The notes under the pieces were generated by a model. It was not told the DNA's origin. It saw only the letters and a program-made list of their open reading frames with translations, and searched no databases. Positions 9,294-17,325 of a stretch of DNA of 27,353 nt are shown here, one piece after another. Source of the DNA: Melioribacteraceae bacterium (GTDB lineage Bacteria; Bacteroidota; Ignavibacteria; Ignavibacteriales; Melioribacteraceae). Numbering within the stretch: position 1 is the first letter of the stretch; every line of letters begins with the position of its first letter. The stretch is from NCBI GenBank assembly GCA_041674325.1, contig JBAYWA010000001.1, positions 1-27,353 on the forward strand. The letters are read 5' to 3'. The position numbers and the translations under genes were made by a program.

Positions 9294-10628
9294 TTATTTT
9301 TTTACCGGTTTCATATTGAAATTATCCACTTTTCTAAACACTGGCAGCACAGGTTTTCCCAGAAGCATTTCCTTTAAATTATTTTTTTTGACCGCGTTTT
9401 TAAGGAACACAAGTGATTCTTCCAGCGCCTGGAGAGTGTAATTTACATCTGCATCGCTATGGGAAAAAGAAAGATTATGAAATCCCTGCCACAAAACGCC
9501 ACGTTTTATCATCTCCTGCTGCATCAGAGATTTCTGAATAAGGGGATCTCCCGCTTTTTCATCGAATGTAGCCATTGACCGCCAATTGTATCCGACAGCC
9601 TTCGTGTAATCCATTCCCAAATTCTGAGCTATTGTATTATATCCTTCCTTCAATTTTTTTCCCTGGTCGCTGAGATATTGAGGAACGTTTTTATCCCGCA
9701 GCTCCTCTATAGTTGCTTTCGTTGCCGCCAGAGAGAGTGCCTCGCCTCCGAACGTTGTATAAAAAAAGATATCATCATCAGCAAGATCCATAATTGATCT
9801 TTTACCTGTCAGAATAGAGATGGGCATTCCGTTGGCGACTGCTTTTGAGAAGGTTGCCAGATCCGGGGTAATTCCGAAATACTCCTGAGCCCCGCCGAGC
9901 GCCATTCTGAAACCCGTCCACATTTCATCGAATATAAGCACAATACTTTTTTCTTTACAGAGATCTGCCAGCTTATGCAGAAAATTATCTTTCGGCTCAG
10001 CAAATACAACTGGTTCCAGTATAATTGCCGCCACATCATCGTCAATCGATTTTCTTACAGAGTCGATGTCATTGTAATTAAAAGTATATGATATTGCCTG
10101 TACAGCTTCGGGTATTCCATGATTACGGGCGGTTACAGCTATGTACCAATCGTGCCATCCGTGGTAGCCGCAGCATAGAATTTTATTCTTCCCTGTATGA
10201 GCGCGTGCAAGACGGACTGCGGCACTTGTTGCATCAGCACCGGTTTTGCTGTACCGGACGGCTTCAGCATTCGGCACGACTTCCCTAATTAATTCCGCAA
10301 CTTCCACTTCAAGCGGGTGCATCATCGAAAAAGTAATTCCGTCTTTCAATTGTTCTTTTATCGCCGTGTCAATTTTGGGATAGGCATAGCCAAGTGAAAG
10401 GGGACCAACGCCCATCATGTAATCGATATATTCATTGCCGTCAACATCCCACACATGAGACCCGCTGCCCCGCACTAAATATTTGGGAGCTATCCCGTTC
10501 ACCCACTGACCGGGTCCCTTTGCAAGGGTTTGGGTGACTGATGGTATTAATCCAAGCGCGCGATTGTATAATTCGTCGGATTTAGAAATATCAGGATAAT
10601 TATTTTGAAGTGAAATTTTGTTCGGCAT
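9294..10628 (-). CDS. Class III PLP-dependent aminotransferase (glutamate-1-semialdehyde aminomutase-like), probably acting on a sugar
   Basis: VWDVDGNEYIDY..G.GPLSLG, GYHGW, ILEP, LIFDEMWTGFR and PLP-lysine TFSKAVANGMP. A GAGG RBS precedes the ATG. Confidence 0.92.
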   Translation of the reverse strand: MPNKISLQNNYPDISKSDELYNRALGLIPSVTQTLAKGPGQWVNGIAPKYLVRGSGSHVWDVDGNEYIDYMMGVGPLSLGYAYPKIDTAIKEQLKDGITFSMMHPLEVEVAELIREVVPNAEAVRYSKTGADATSAAVRLARAHTGKNKILCCGYHGWHDWYIAVTARNHGIPEAVQAISYTFNYNDIDSVRKSIDDDVAAIILEPVVFAEPKDNFLHKLADLCKEKSIVLIFDEMWTGFRMALGGAQEYFGITPDLATFSKAVANGMPISILTGKRSIMDLADDDIFFYTTFGGEALSLAATKATIEELRDKNVPQYLSDQGKKLKEGYNTIAQNLGMDYTKAVGYNWRSMATFDEKAGDPLIQKSLMQQEMIKRGVLWQGFHNLSFSHSDADVNYTLQALEESLVFLKNAVKKNNLKEMLLGKPVLPVFRKVDNFNMKPVKK

Positions 10629-10742
10629 AGTACCTCATAAATCAAACCGTCAGTTTTTGGAAAAAGTTCAGTCAACTTATCAAGATTAAGTGCAAAGTTA
10701 TGTGATCTCTTCCACACAATAATGATATTACTAAACTAATAG

Positions 10743-11654
10743 CTAATCTCTAGAAGCTAATCGCTTAAAAATTTTGCCAGCAATTCTATCAGCTGTAAAT
10801 CCCTCATACTCTAAAACATCATTCAGCAAACCCGGCCTGAACCACTTGTTCATCAAAGCGAAAGGGAGAACATCCGCGGTTTTTTTGTTCCTCAGAAGCA
10901 CTTCGGCAAGTATGGAATAGAGGCCGCCGGTAACAAAATGATCTTCCAGTGTAACGATCAATCTGCATTCTTCTGCCGCTCTCAGGATTGCGGCTTCGTC
11001 CACCGGTTTCGGTGTTCTAATATTAATCAGCCGTACCGATACCCCTTTTGATTCAAGTATCTCTTTTGCCTTGAATGCCTCTCCAAATAAAAAACCGTAA
11101 ACCAGAATTGCTACATCATTCCCGCCTCCAAAAACTTCTGCTTTTCCGATCTCAAAGCTGTTATGTTCCACTAAGTTTTTTGTATTGTTATACCGGATAT
11201 AGAATGGGGAAGGGCTTGTAAAAACTGCTTTCAGGCCTTTCAGCATATCGTCCTCGTCCGCGGGGCAGAATAGATTTACGTTTGGAATTCCTCTCATGAT
11301 TGAGACATCCTCGATTGCCTGGTGTGTTGGTCCGTTGCCGTCCGATAAAAATCCCGGTACCGCCCCTACAATTTTAACCGGAAGATTGGCAATTCCCACG
11401 TCGGTACGGATAAATTCGAATGCTCGCATCGTTAAAAATGTAGCAAGGGCATGAACAATCGGCGTCCTGCCGCGTAATGCCAATCCGGCAGCCATTCCTA
11501 TCATTGTCTGTTCGGTAATGCCCGTATCTATAAAATTATTTTTGATCAGAGGGGGAAGATTTCTGAAAGCTGCCCTGTTCTCCGAAGTCATTATTATATA
11601 ACGGTCATCATTATTTATAAGATCGAGTACAATATCTGCATATGTCATTATCAT
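10743..11654 (-). CDS. Transketolase-like ThDP enzyme, C-terminal (pyrimidine-binding and C) subunit
   Basis: DTGITEQTMIGMAAGLA, GPTHQAIED, FCPAD, YIR, IGKAEV, KPVD and LEDH..TGGL. ATGA overlap with the N-terminal subunit gene. Confidence 0.92.
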   Translation of the reverse strand: MIMTYADIVLDLINNDDRYIIMTSENRAAFRNLPPLIKNNFIDTGITEQTMIGMAAGLALRGRTPIVHALATFLTMRAFEFIRTDVGIANLPVKIVGAVPGFLSDGNGPTHQAIEDVSIMRGIPNVNLFCPADEDDMLKGLKAVFTSPSPFYIRYNNTKNLVEHNSFEIGKAEVFGGGNDVAILVYGFLFGEAFKAKEILESKGVSVRLINIRTPKPVDEAAILRAAEECRLIVTLEDHFVTGGLYSILAEVLLRNKKTADVLPFALMNKWFRPGLLNDVLEYEGFTADRIAGKIFKRLASRD

Positions 11655-12508
11655 CTCGCAACAATGGTTTCTGAAGTTAACTTGGTTTTTTTTGCGCCGT
11701 GCAATTCTTTGAGGAGCTGCTCAATCTCTTCCTGCTTGAAATTTACGAACCAGCGGTCTGCCCGTTTTTCTATGCTTGGCAATCCCTTGCCTCTAACCGT
11801 CTCGGCAATTACTACGGACACCTTACCTTTTTCGAATGGAAATTTTTTGAATGTCTCCTCCATCTTCTCAAAATTATGGCCGTTTACTTTTCTGACTCTG
11901 CATCCGAAAGCTTCAAATTTTTTGTTTAGCGGTTTGAGAGGAATTAAATCTTCAGTCTGCATATTAGCCTGAAACTGATTCCTGTCAACTACTATTAGCA
12001 AATTATCAAGATGATATGCAGATGCAACAAGAAGCGCTTCCCACATTGATCCTTCGTTAAGCTCTCCGTCTCCAACCACAACTACAACTCTGTTCTTTTG
12101 TTTGCGAAGTTTGCAGTCGATAGCAACTCCCATCGCGACTGAAAGATTGTGGCCGAGCGAACCGGAATGAAATTCTATGCCGGGAATGTTTCTGTTAGGA
12201 TGCCAGTAGATGAAATCATTTGTGCTCAGATGATTTTTCAGCCTTTCTTTTTCAAGCAGACCAATTTCTACATATGTGCCGTAGAGAGCCGGTACATCGT
12301 GTCCTTTCGAGAGGAAAAAGTAGTCCCTCTTGGGATCACTGAGATTTTCTTTGGATACTTTCAGAAATTCCTTATAGAGGTAAACTATCAGATCGGCACA
12401 GGAGAGGGATGCGCCGATAAAACAGCCGCCACGCCCGCTCATTCCGATAATATGTTCTCGGACTCTTAGCGCCGTTTCCTGTAATTCGAGTAATTTTTTT
12501 TTATTCAT
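11651..12508 (-). CDS. Transketolase-like ThDP enzyme, N-terminal (diphosphate-binding) subunit
   Basis: RDYFFLSKGH, HP...PGIE..SGSLG and the ThDP motif GDGELNEGSMWEA...LDNL..VVDRN. Also FG..V..VNGH and TVRGKG. Confidence 0.92.
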   Translation of the reverse strand: MNKKKLLELQETALRVREHIIGMSGRGGCFIGASLSCADLIVYLYKEFLKVSKENLSDPKRDYFFLSKGHDVPALYGTYVEIGLLEKERLKNHLSTNDFIYWHPNRNIPGIEFHSGSLGHNLSVAMGVAIDCKLRKQKNRVVVVVGDGELNEGSMWEALLVASAYHLDNLLIVVDRNQFQANMQTEDLIPLKPLNKKFEAFGCRVRKVNGHNFEKMEETFKKFPFEKGKVSVVIAETVRGKGLPSIEKRADRWFVNFKQEEIEQLLKELHGAKKTKLTSETIVAR

Positions 12509-13308
12509 TTTAAGTTCAATTTGTTTTTGTATTCGTCAATGTGATTAAGTTCATTAAGATGATTTTCGTACCAGTATTTACCTAGATATTTTCTGTTGAT
12601 TGAGGCAATTTCCGGTTTTCGTACAAGTAAATCTAATATATCGTTAAGACTAAAAGTAGGATTCCCGGGATAAAGTTCTTCATAAATATTTTTTATTAGC
12701 CGGTAATCCTCCTCATAATCGATTGTCCACCGATGGGAGGCTGAAAAATCCTTACCTGCCTCCCATCCTATATTTGCAACTCTGAATTTACCGGGATTTT
12801 CCCAGAAGTATGGGGTGGTGTGTTCGCGTTCAAAAGTCTTCCCGGCTTCTTTCCATGCGGTTATAAGTGCTTTAAAAGAAAAAATTTCAACATCGTTGCC
12901 GTCCGGATAGCTTGCCGGATGAAGGTTGCTGACATAATCGAATTTATCATTACTTTTAATAAAGAACGATAATACTTTGTCGATTATTCCCGGGTCAATC
13001 AGCGGGCAGTCGGAAGGAATTTTCACTACCGCATCTGCGCCGTACTTTTTGCCCGCCTCATAATGCCTGTCAAGAAGATCCGCCAGATTTCCCCTGAAGC
13101 ATTCAATCTTTTCCCTTTTGCACAATTCAGCCACCGGATCATCGTCTTTATACAGAGAAGTAGCAACAACAATCATTCCGGCTAATTTAGAAAAGGAGAC
13201 ACGTTCTGTCATCCGGAGTAGAAGAGGTTTACCCAGAATAGGCAGCATTATTTTTCCCGGTAATCTGGTAGATGACATTCTCGCCTGTATGACTGTAACA
13301 ATCTTCAT
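12505..13308 (-). CDS. SpsF-type acylneuraminate/ulosonate cytidylyltransferase (NTP_transf_3 family)
   Basis: IQARMSSTRLPGK, PSDCPLIDP, YPDGNDVE, REHTTPY and RWTIDYEED. ATGA overlaps on both sides. Confidence 0.88.
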   Translation of the reverse strand: MKIVTVIQARMSSTRLPGKIMLPILGKPLLLRMTERVSFSKLAGMIVVATSLYKDDDPVAELCKREKIECFRGNLADLLDRHYEAGKKYGADAVVKIPSDCPLIDPGIIDKVLSFFIKSNDKFDYVSNLHPASYPDGNDVEIFSFKALITAWKEAGKTFEREHTTPYFWENPGKFRVANIGWEAGKDFSASHRWTIDYEEDYRLIKNIYEELYPGNPTFSLNDILDLLVRKPEIASINRKYLGKYWYENHLNELNHIDEYKNKLNLK

Positions 13309-14312
13309 TTATAATCGAATTTTTTATGAATTTCGTCTAATGCTGCGTCAGGAAAATCAATTAAATATTTTCCCAGGCGAGCAATCCTTTCCGCGGATGA
13401 TCCGTTATTCTGGATAGGCTGCAGTTTTTTAAGTTGTTCGATATCGTAATATGAATGGACTTCTTTTCCCAGCGCCAGTCCGATATAAACCGTTGAAGAA
13501 AATTTTGTGATCAGGAGATCGCAGTTCGCGATCATATGATTGGTATTCCCTGTCGAAAAAACCAGAGCGCCCGGCGCTATCTCGCTAATCTCTTTTGAGG
13601 CGCGCTCAACGTTCTCATTTGGGTGCAATTTAAAGATAAGCTGCCTTCCCTTTGCGATATTCACACACTCTCTGATGAATTTTTTCCGGTTTTCGATTTT
13701 GTAGGTCTCTCTCGCATCCGAAGTGCAGACAAGAGCAAAATTTTTATGCGGAAAGTCATTATTCAGAAATTGTACGGCATTATCAAAATTCGGAATTCCT
13801 GTTACAATTATTTTTTCGGCTTTGGCCCCTTTGCGGATGAAAAAATCTTTGTAGCCGTAAGAAGCAACGCAGAACAACGTATATAAGTCGGACATCCCCA
13901 TTGTTGATGTGCTCGCCAGCCACCGGTAGAGTTTGAGATATTTAACCAGATAGAACATTAAATTTTCCGGATCGGTCATTCCCTCCTGAACCAGGATTAC
14001 TTTTTTGCCGCGTATATTTTTCGGCACAATCAGGTCCGCGCAGGTATAAACCAGGTCGTAATTATATTTTTCGCCCCGGTAATCCATCTCCAGACCGTTA
14101 TTTGACAGATATTCTTCAGTTTTCCAACGGAACGGCCCGTTCAGAATCGAAAATTTTCCGTACCCTCTACTCACTCCGTAATTGATCCAGCCGTCGCCGT
14201 AATAGGGAGTGAATAAACAATCGAATTCATTCAAATGCAGGGATATCTGATGCATCATGGAAGTCTGATTGAGCGAACCGCAAATAAAAAGAATTTTTTT
14301 CTTTGTCATCAA
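13305..14312 (-). CDS. Putative GT-B fold CMP-ulosonate glycosyltransferase (hypothetical protein)
   Basis: VQEG (109-111), IIVTGIPNFD, FKLHP (227-231) and ITKFSSTV..GLALGK (SST 272-274) resemble GT-B sialyltransferase and TagF-like motifs. It is the first gene of the coupled operon. Confidence 0.6.
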   Translation of the reverse strand: MMTKKKILFICGSLNQTSMMHQISLHLNEFDCLFTPYYGDGWINYGVSRGYGKFSILNGPFRWKTEEYLSNNGLEMDYRGEKYNYDLVYTCADLIVPKNIRGKKVILVQEGMTDPENLMFYLVKYLKLYRWLASTSTMGMSDLYTLFCVASYGYKDFFIRKGAKAEKIIVTGIPNFDNAVQFLNNDFPHKNFALVCTSDARETYKIENRKKFIRECVNIAKGRQLIFKLHPNENVERASKEISEIAPGALVFSTGNTNHMIANCDLLITKFSSTVYIGLALGKEVHSYYDIEQLKKLQPIQNNGSSAERIARLGKYLIDFPDAALDEIHKKFDYK

Positions 14313-14437
14313 AGGAAATATTTTTTCTTCTTCAAATTTAGCTATTTCTTTTCACAGATGAATGAACACTATGAAATGTTTGGAAGAATGCACTCTATTA
14401 ATTATAATGTCGGCAAATAATCTGAGTAAGAGATAAA

Positions 14438-15514
14438 ATGAATAACTTAGATCCCCGGCTGATGGTATATGGGGCAAACGGATATTCCGCGCAGCTGATA
14501 ATAGAGGAACTTATCGCAAGAAAGATCAATCCGGTCCTTGCCGGGCGGAATAAAGAAGAGGTAAGTTCGCTGGCTCAAAAATATAATTTGGAGTTTAAAA
14601 TATTTGACCTATCCGACGAGAAAGAAATCTTAGTATCGCTGGAAGGAATTCATACATTAATAAATTGCGCCGGCCCCTTTAAGTACACGGCTAAAGAACT
14701 AATGGAGGCCTGTCTGCAATCAAAAACGAATTATCTGGATATTACCGGGGAAATGCCGGTGATGCATCTGGCGTTTTCGATGATAGATAATGCCAGGGAG
14801 AAGGGTGTTGTAATTATGCCGGGTGTCGGGTTTGATATAATACCTACTGATTGTCTGGCAAAAAGATTAAGCGAAAGAATGCCTGATGCGGATAATCTTA
14901 AACTGGGTTTTTTAAATAAACGCGGAAAAATTTCAAGGGGTACGATGATTACAACTCTTGAATTTTTGGGCGGAACCGGGAAAATAAGACGCAATGGAAG
15001 AGTGATTGATTCAAAAATAGGCGAATTCAGAGTCAAATTTAAGAGGGGAAACTTTTCATTTAAAGGTATATCTATACCTTGGGGAGATGTCTACTCCTCG
15101 TATCACTCAACCGGAATAAAAAACGCTGAGGTGTATCTTGCCTTGCCGGGAGTGATAATTAAACTCCGTACAATTCTGCTTTTTGCTTTACGGTTATTAA
15201 AGATAGATTCGGTCAAAAATATTGTGAAGAATTACATCGGTAAAAATCTGACGGGGCCGGCAAAAGGGGAGCGTGATTCTGCCGAAACTTATATTTGGGG
15301 GCGTGTGGAATCGAAAGATGGAAGAAAAATCGAGGAGATCTACAGGGTGATGGAAGGTTATACACTTACTGCCAAGGGCGCCGCGGAATGTTCTGAGAGG
15401 GTATTGAATAATGAAGTATGTCCCGGCACATATACACCGTCTCTTGCTTTCGGAAGCGGATTTCTCGAACATTTTATAATCGAAAAAATTTATTCATCGG
15501 CCGGGGATATCTGA
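14438..15514 (+). CDS. Saccharopine dehydrogenase-like NAD(P)-binding oxidoreductase
   Basis: Rossmann motif VYGANGYSA, LAGRN, NCAGPF, YLDITGE, GVGFDIIPTD and SRGT..T. Confidence 0.85.
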   Translation: MNNLDPRLMVYGANGYSAQLIIEELIARKINPVLAGRNKEEVSSLAQKYNLEFKIFDLSDEKEILVSLEGIHTLINCAGPFKYTAKELMEACLQSKTNYLDITGEMPVMHLAFSMIDNAREKGVVIMPGVGFDIIPTDCLAKRLSERMPDADNLKLGFLNKRGKISRGTMITTLEFLGGTGKIRRNGRVIDSKIGEFRVKFKRGNFSFKGISIPWGDVYSSYHSTGIKNAEVYLALPGVIIKLRTILLFALRLLKIDSVKNIVKNYIGKNLTGPAKGERDSAETYIWGRVESKDGRKIEEIYRVMEGYTLTAKGAAECSERVLNNEVCPGTYTPSLAFGSGFLEHFIIEKIYSSAGDI

Positions 15515-15545
15515 CAGGGATATGAATGAAGCAGGAAATCAGGGA

Positions 15546-16826
15546 TTATTTTACCAATTCACCCTCTTTATAATCATACTCGCGTATTATTATTCCGCTT
15601 TCATCGTAAGTATAGCATTTACCTTCCAGAAGATTGTTCTTATAGCTCATCAGATCGGAAATGCCGCCGTCAGGAAAATACCTTTTAAGTAGTCCATCCA
15701 TTATACCTCCTTTATAATCAACCTCAGAGGCGATTTTACCGTTCTTAAAAAAGATTTTTACAGTACCATGGAGTTTGTCGTCGATGTAAATCCGTTCCGA
15801 TTCCAATTCTCCGGCGGGGTAAAAAGTTTTGGATTGGCCGCTCCGTATATCATCAATAAAATTTTCTTCCGCTGTTTTGAGTCCGGATTCATCAAAAATA
15901 ATAGCCGTTCCGTTTTTCATTCCGTTTCGATATGTCGAAATTTCCGCGAGCGTTCCCCCGTCGTGATAAAATTTACAATCTCCTTCAACGACGCCATTCA
16001 CATAATGCAATTCCGATTTAATGAATCCGCTTGGATAATAATCGGTTATCAGTCCATCCAGAAGGCCGTTACGGAAAAATACTTTTCTTCGAAGGGTGCC
16101 CTCATCCCAATATTCGTCAAAATTTTCTTCGACTTTACTGACTTTGCTTCCGTAGTCGAATCTCTCCCGCTTCACTATCTGTCCGTCGGCATATGTATCA
16201 ATTACTTTTATCTTCCCGTCGGGATAATAAAAGTATGATGTTCCATCGAGTTTGTCGTTTTTGTATTTTGCCTCGAGTGCCAGAGTACCGAAATCGGAGT
16301 AAACTTTACTTATTCCTTCGAGCTTATCGTTTATGTAATTCCGTTCGACCTCAACTTTGCCGTTCTCAAAAAAAATTTTGGATAAACCATTGAGTTTCCC
16401 TCCCCTGTAATTCCATACGGCCTGTAATTTGCCGCTCTTGTAGTAGGTTTGACTTGGTCCCTCCTGAATATTATCCAAATAGACGGGTTCTGCCCAAAGT
16501 TCGCCGGATTCATAATACCATTTTGAAAGGCCTTCCAATTTGCCATTCCGGTAATTCCACTCCATACTCTTAGTGCCGTCTTCAAAGTACCAGATGGAAA
16601 TTCCCTCCTCCTTGCCGTTTTCGAAGTTCCACTCTTTCCAGAGTTTTCCGCTTTCATAATATTCTTTATAGATTCCGATTCGAATTCCGTTAAGATAACT
16701 TCCCTCGGATTTCAGTCTTCCGTTCTGGTAGTATTCCTTTTTTACCTCTGCATTCTGCGCGGGTATTGAAGAAACCGAGATAAGTGCGAAAGTGATTATT
16801 GTGAAAAAGTTGATTTTCCGGCTCAA
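15546..16826 (-). CDS. Secreted MORN-variant repeat protein (YwqK-like repeats)
   Basis: TTG start, a signal-peptide-like N-terminus (…ITFALISVSSIPAQ) and 16 repeats of about 24 aa with the consensus x-x-Y-Y-x-x-G-x-L-x-x-E-x-x-Y-x-N-G-x-x-x-G. Confidence 0.85.
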   Translation of the reverse strand: MSRKINFFTIITFALISVSSIPAQNAEVKKEYYQNGRLKSEGSYLNGIRIGIYKEYYESGKLWKEWNFENGKEEGISIWYFEDGTKSMEWNYRNGKLEGLSKWYYESGELWAEPVYLDNIQEGPSQTYYKSGKLQAVWNYRGGKLNGLSKIFFENGKVEVERNYINDKLEGISKVYSDFGTLALEAKYKNDKLDGTSYFYYPDGKIKVIDTYADGQIVKRERFDYGSKVSKVEENFDEYWDEGTLRRKVFFRNGLLDGLITDYYPSGFIKSELHYVNGVVEGDCKFYHDGGTLAEISTYRNGMKNGTAIIFDESGLKTAEENFIDDIRSGQSKTFYPAGELESERIYIDDKLHGTVKIFFKNGKIASEVDYKGGIMDGLLKRYFPDGGISDLMSYKNNLLEGKCYTYDESGIIIREYDYKEGELVK

Positions 16827-16923
16827 GATTTATTCGATTTTATTTATACCGAAATTAAACACAAAAAAGTTAATGTGAAATGGAGAAGAGTTGTTTAAAT
16901 TTGCTCTTGGAAAAGGAGCAATT

Positions 16924-17325
16924 ATGTTTACCACCAAAGTTAAAGTCTATTTCTACGACGCGGACCCCGCCGGAATTATTTTCTACGCCAGTTTATTCAA
17001 ATTTGTTCACGCGGCGTATGAAGATTTTATGAGAGGATTGCATACCGAGCGGGATTATTTTTTCGATAAAGATTATATACTGCCGATAATTCACGCGGAG
17101 GCCGATTACGTAAGGCCGATTAAGGTCGGCGATGAATTGAGAGTTGATGTAGTCGTGAGTCTGCTGAAAAATTCTTCTTTTGAATTAAGTTATAAATTTT
17201 ACAAATCGGACGGACAGTTTACAGCAATCGCCAAAACGGTTCATGTTTGTGTGCAGAAAGATCAGTTCAAGAAAATTGAACTGCCGAAGGAATTTCTGGA
17301 AAAGATGAAGCTTAATCTAAATTGA
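16924..17325 (+). CDS. Hot-dog fold acyl-CoA thioesterase (4HBT class), probable DHNA-CoA hydrolase (MenI function)
   Basis: The ATG at 16924 follows an AAGGAG RBS. It has YFYDADPAGIIFY, HAEADY..P...GD.L.V and SSF.LSY. Its 3' end overlaps menE by 14 bp. Confidence 0.8.
   Translation: MFTTKVKVYFYDADPAGIIFYASLFKFVHAAYEDFMRGLHTERDYFFDKDYILPIIHAEADYVRPIKVGDELRVDVVVSLLKNSSFELSYKFYKSDGQFTAIAKTVHVCVQKDQFKKIELPKEFLEKMKLNLN

Noticed and set aside
9294-10628. Annotation as hemL (tetrapyrrole synthesis)
   Set aside because: The fold is shared, but the context is sugar modification and there are no hem genes nearby.
15768-16238. 156-aa + strand ORF and other short ORFs over the MORN gene
   Set aside because: They are antisense or alternative-frame shadows of a repetitive real gene.
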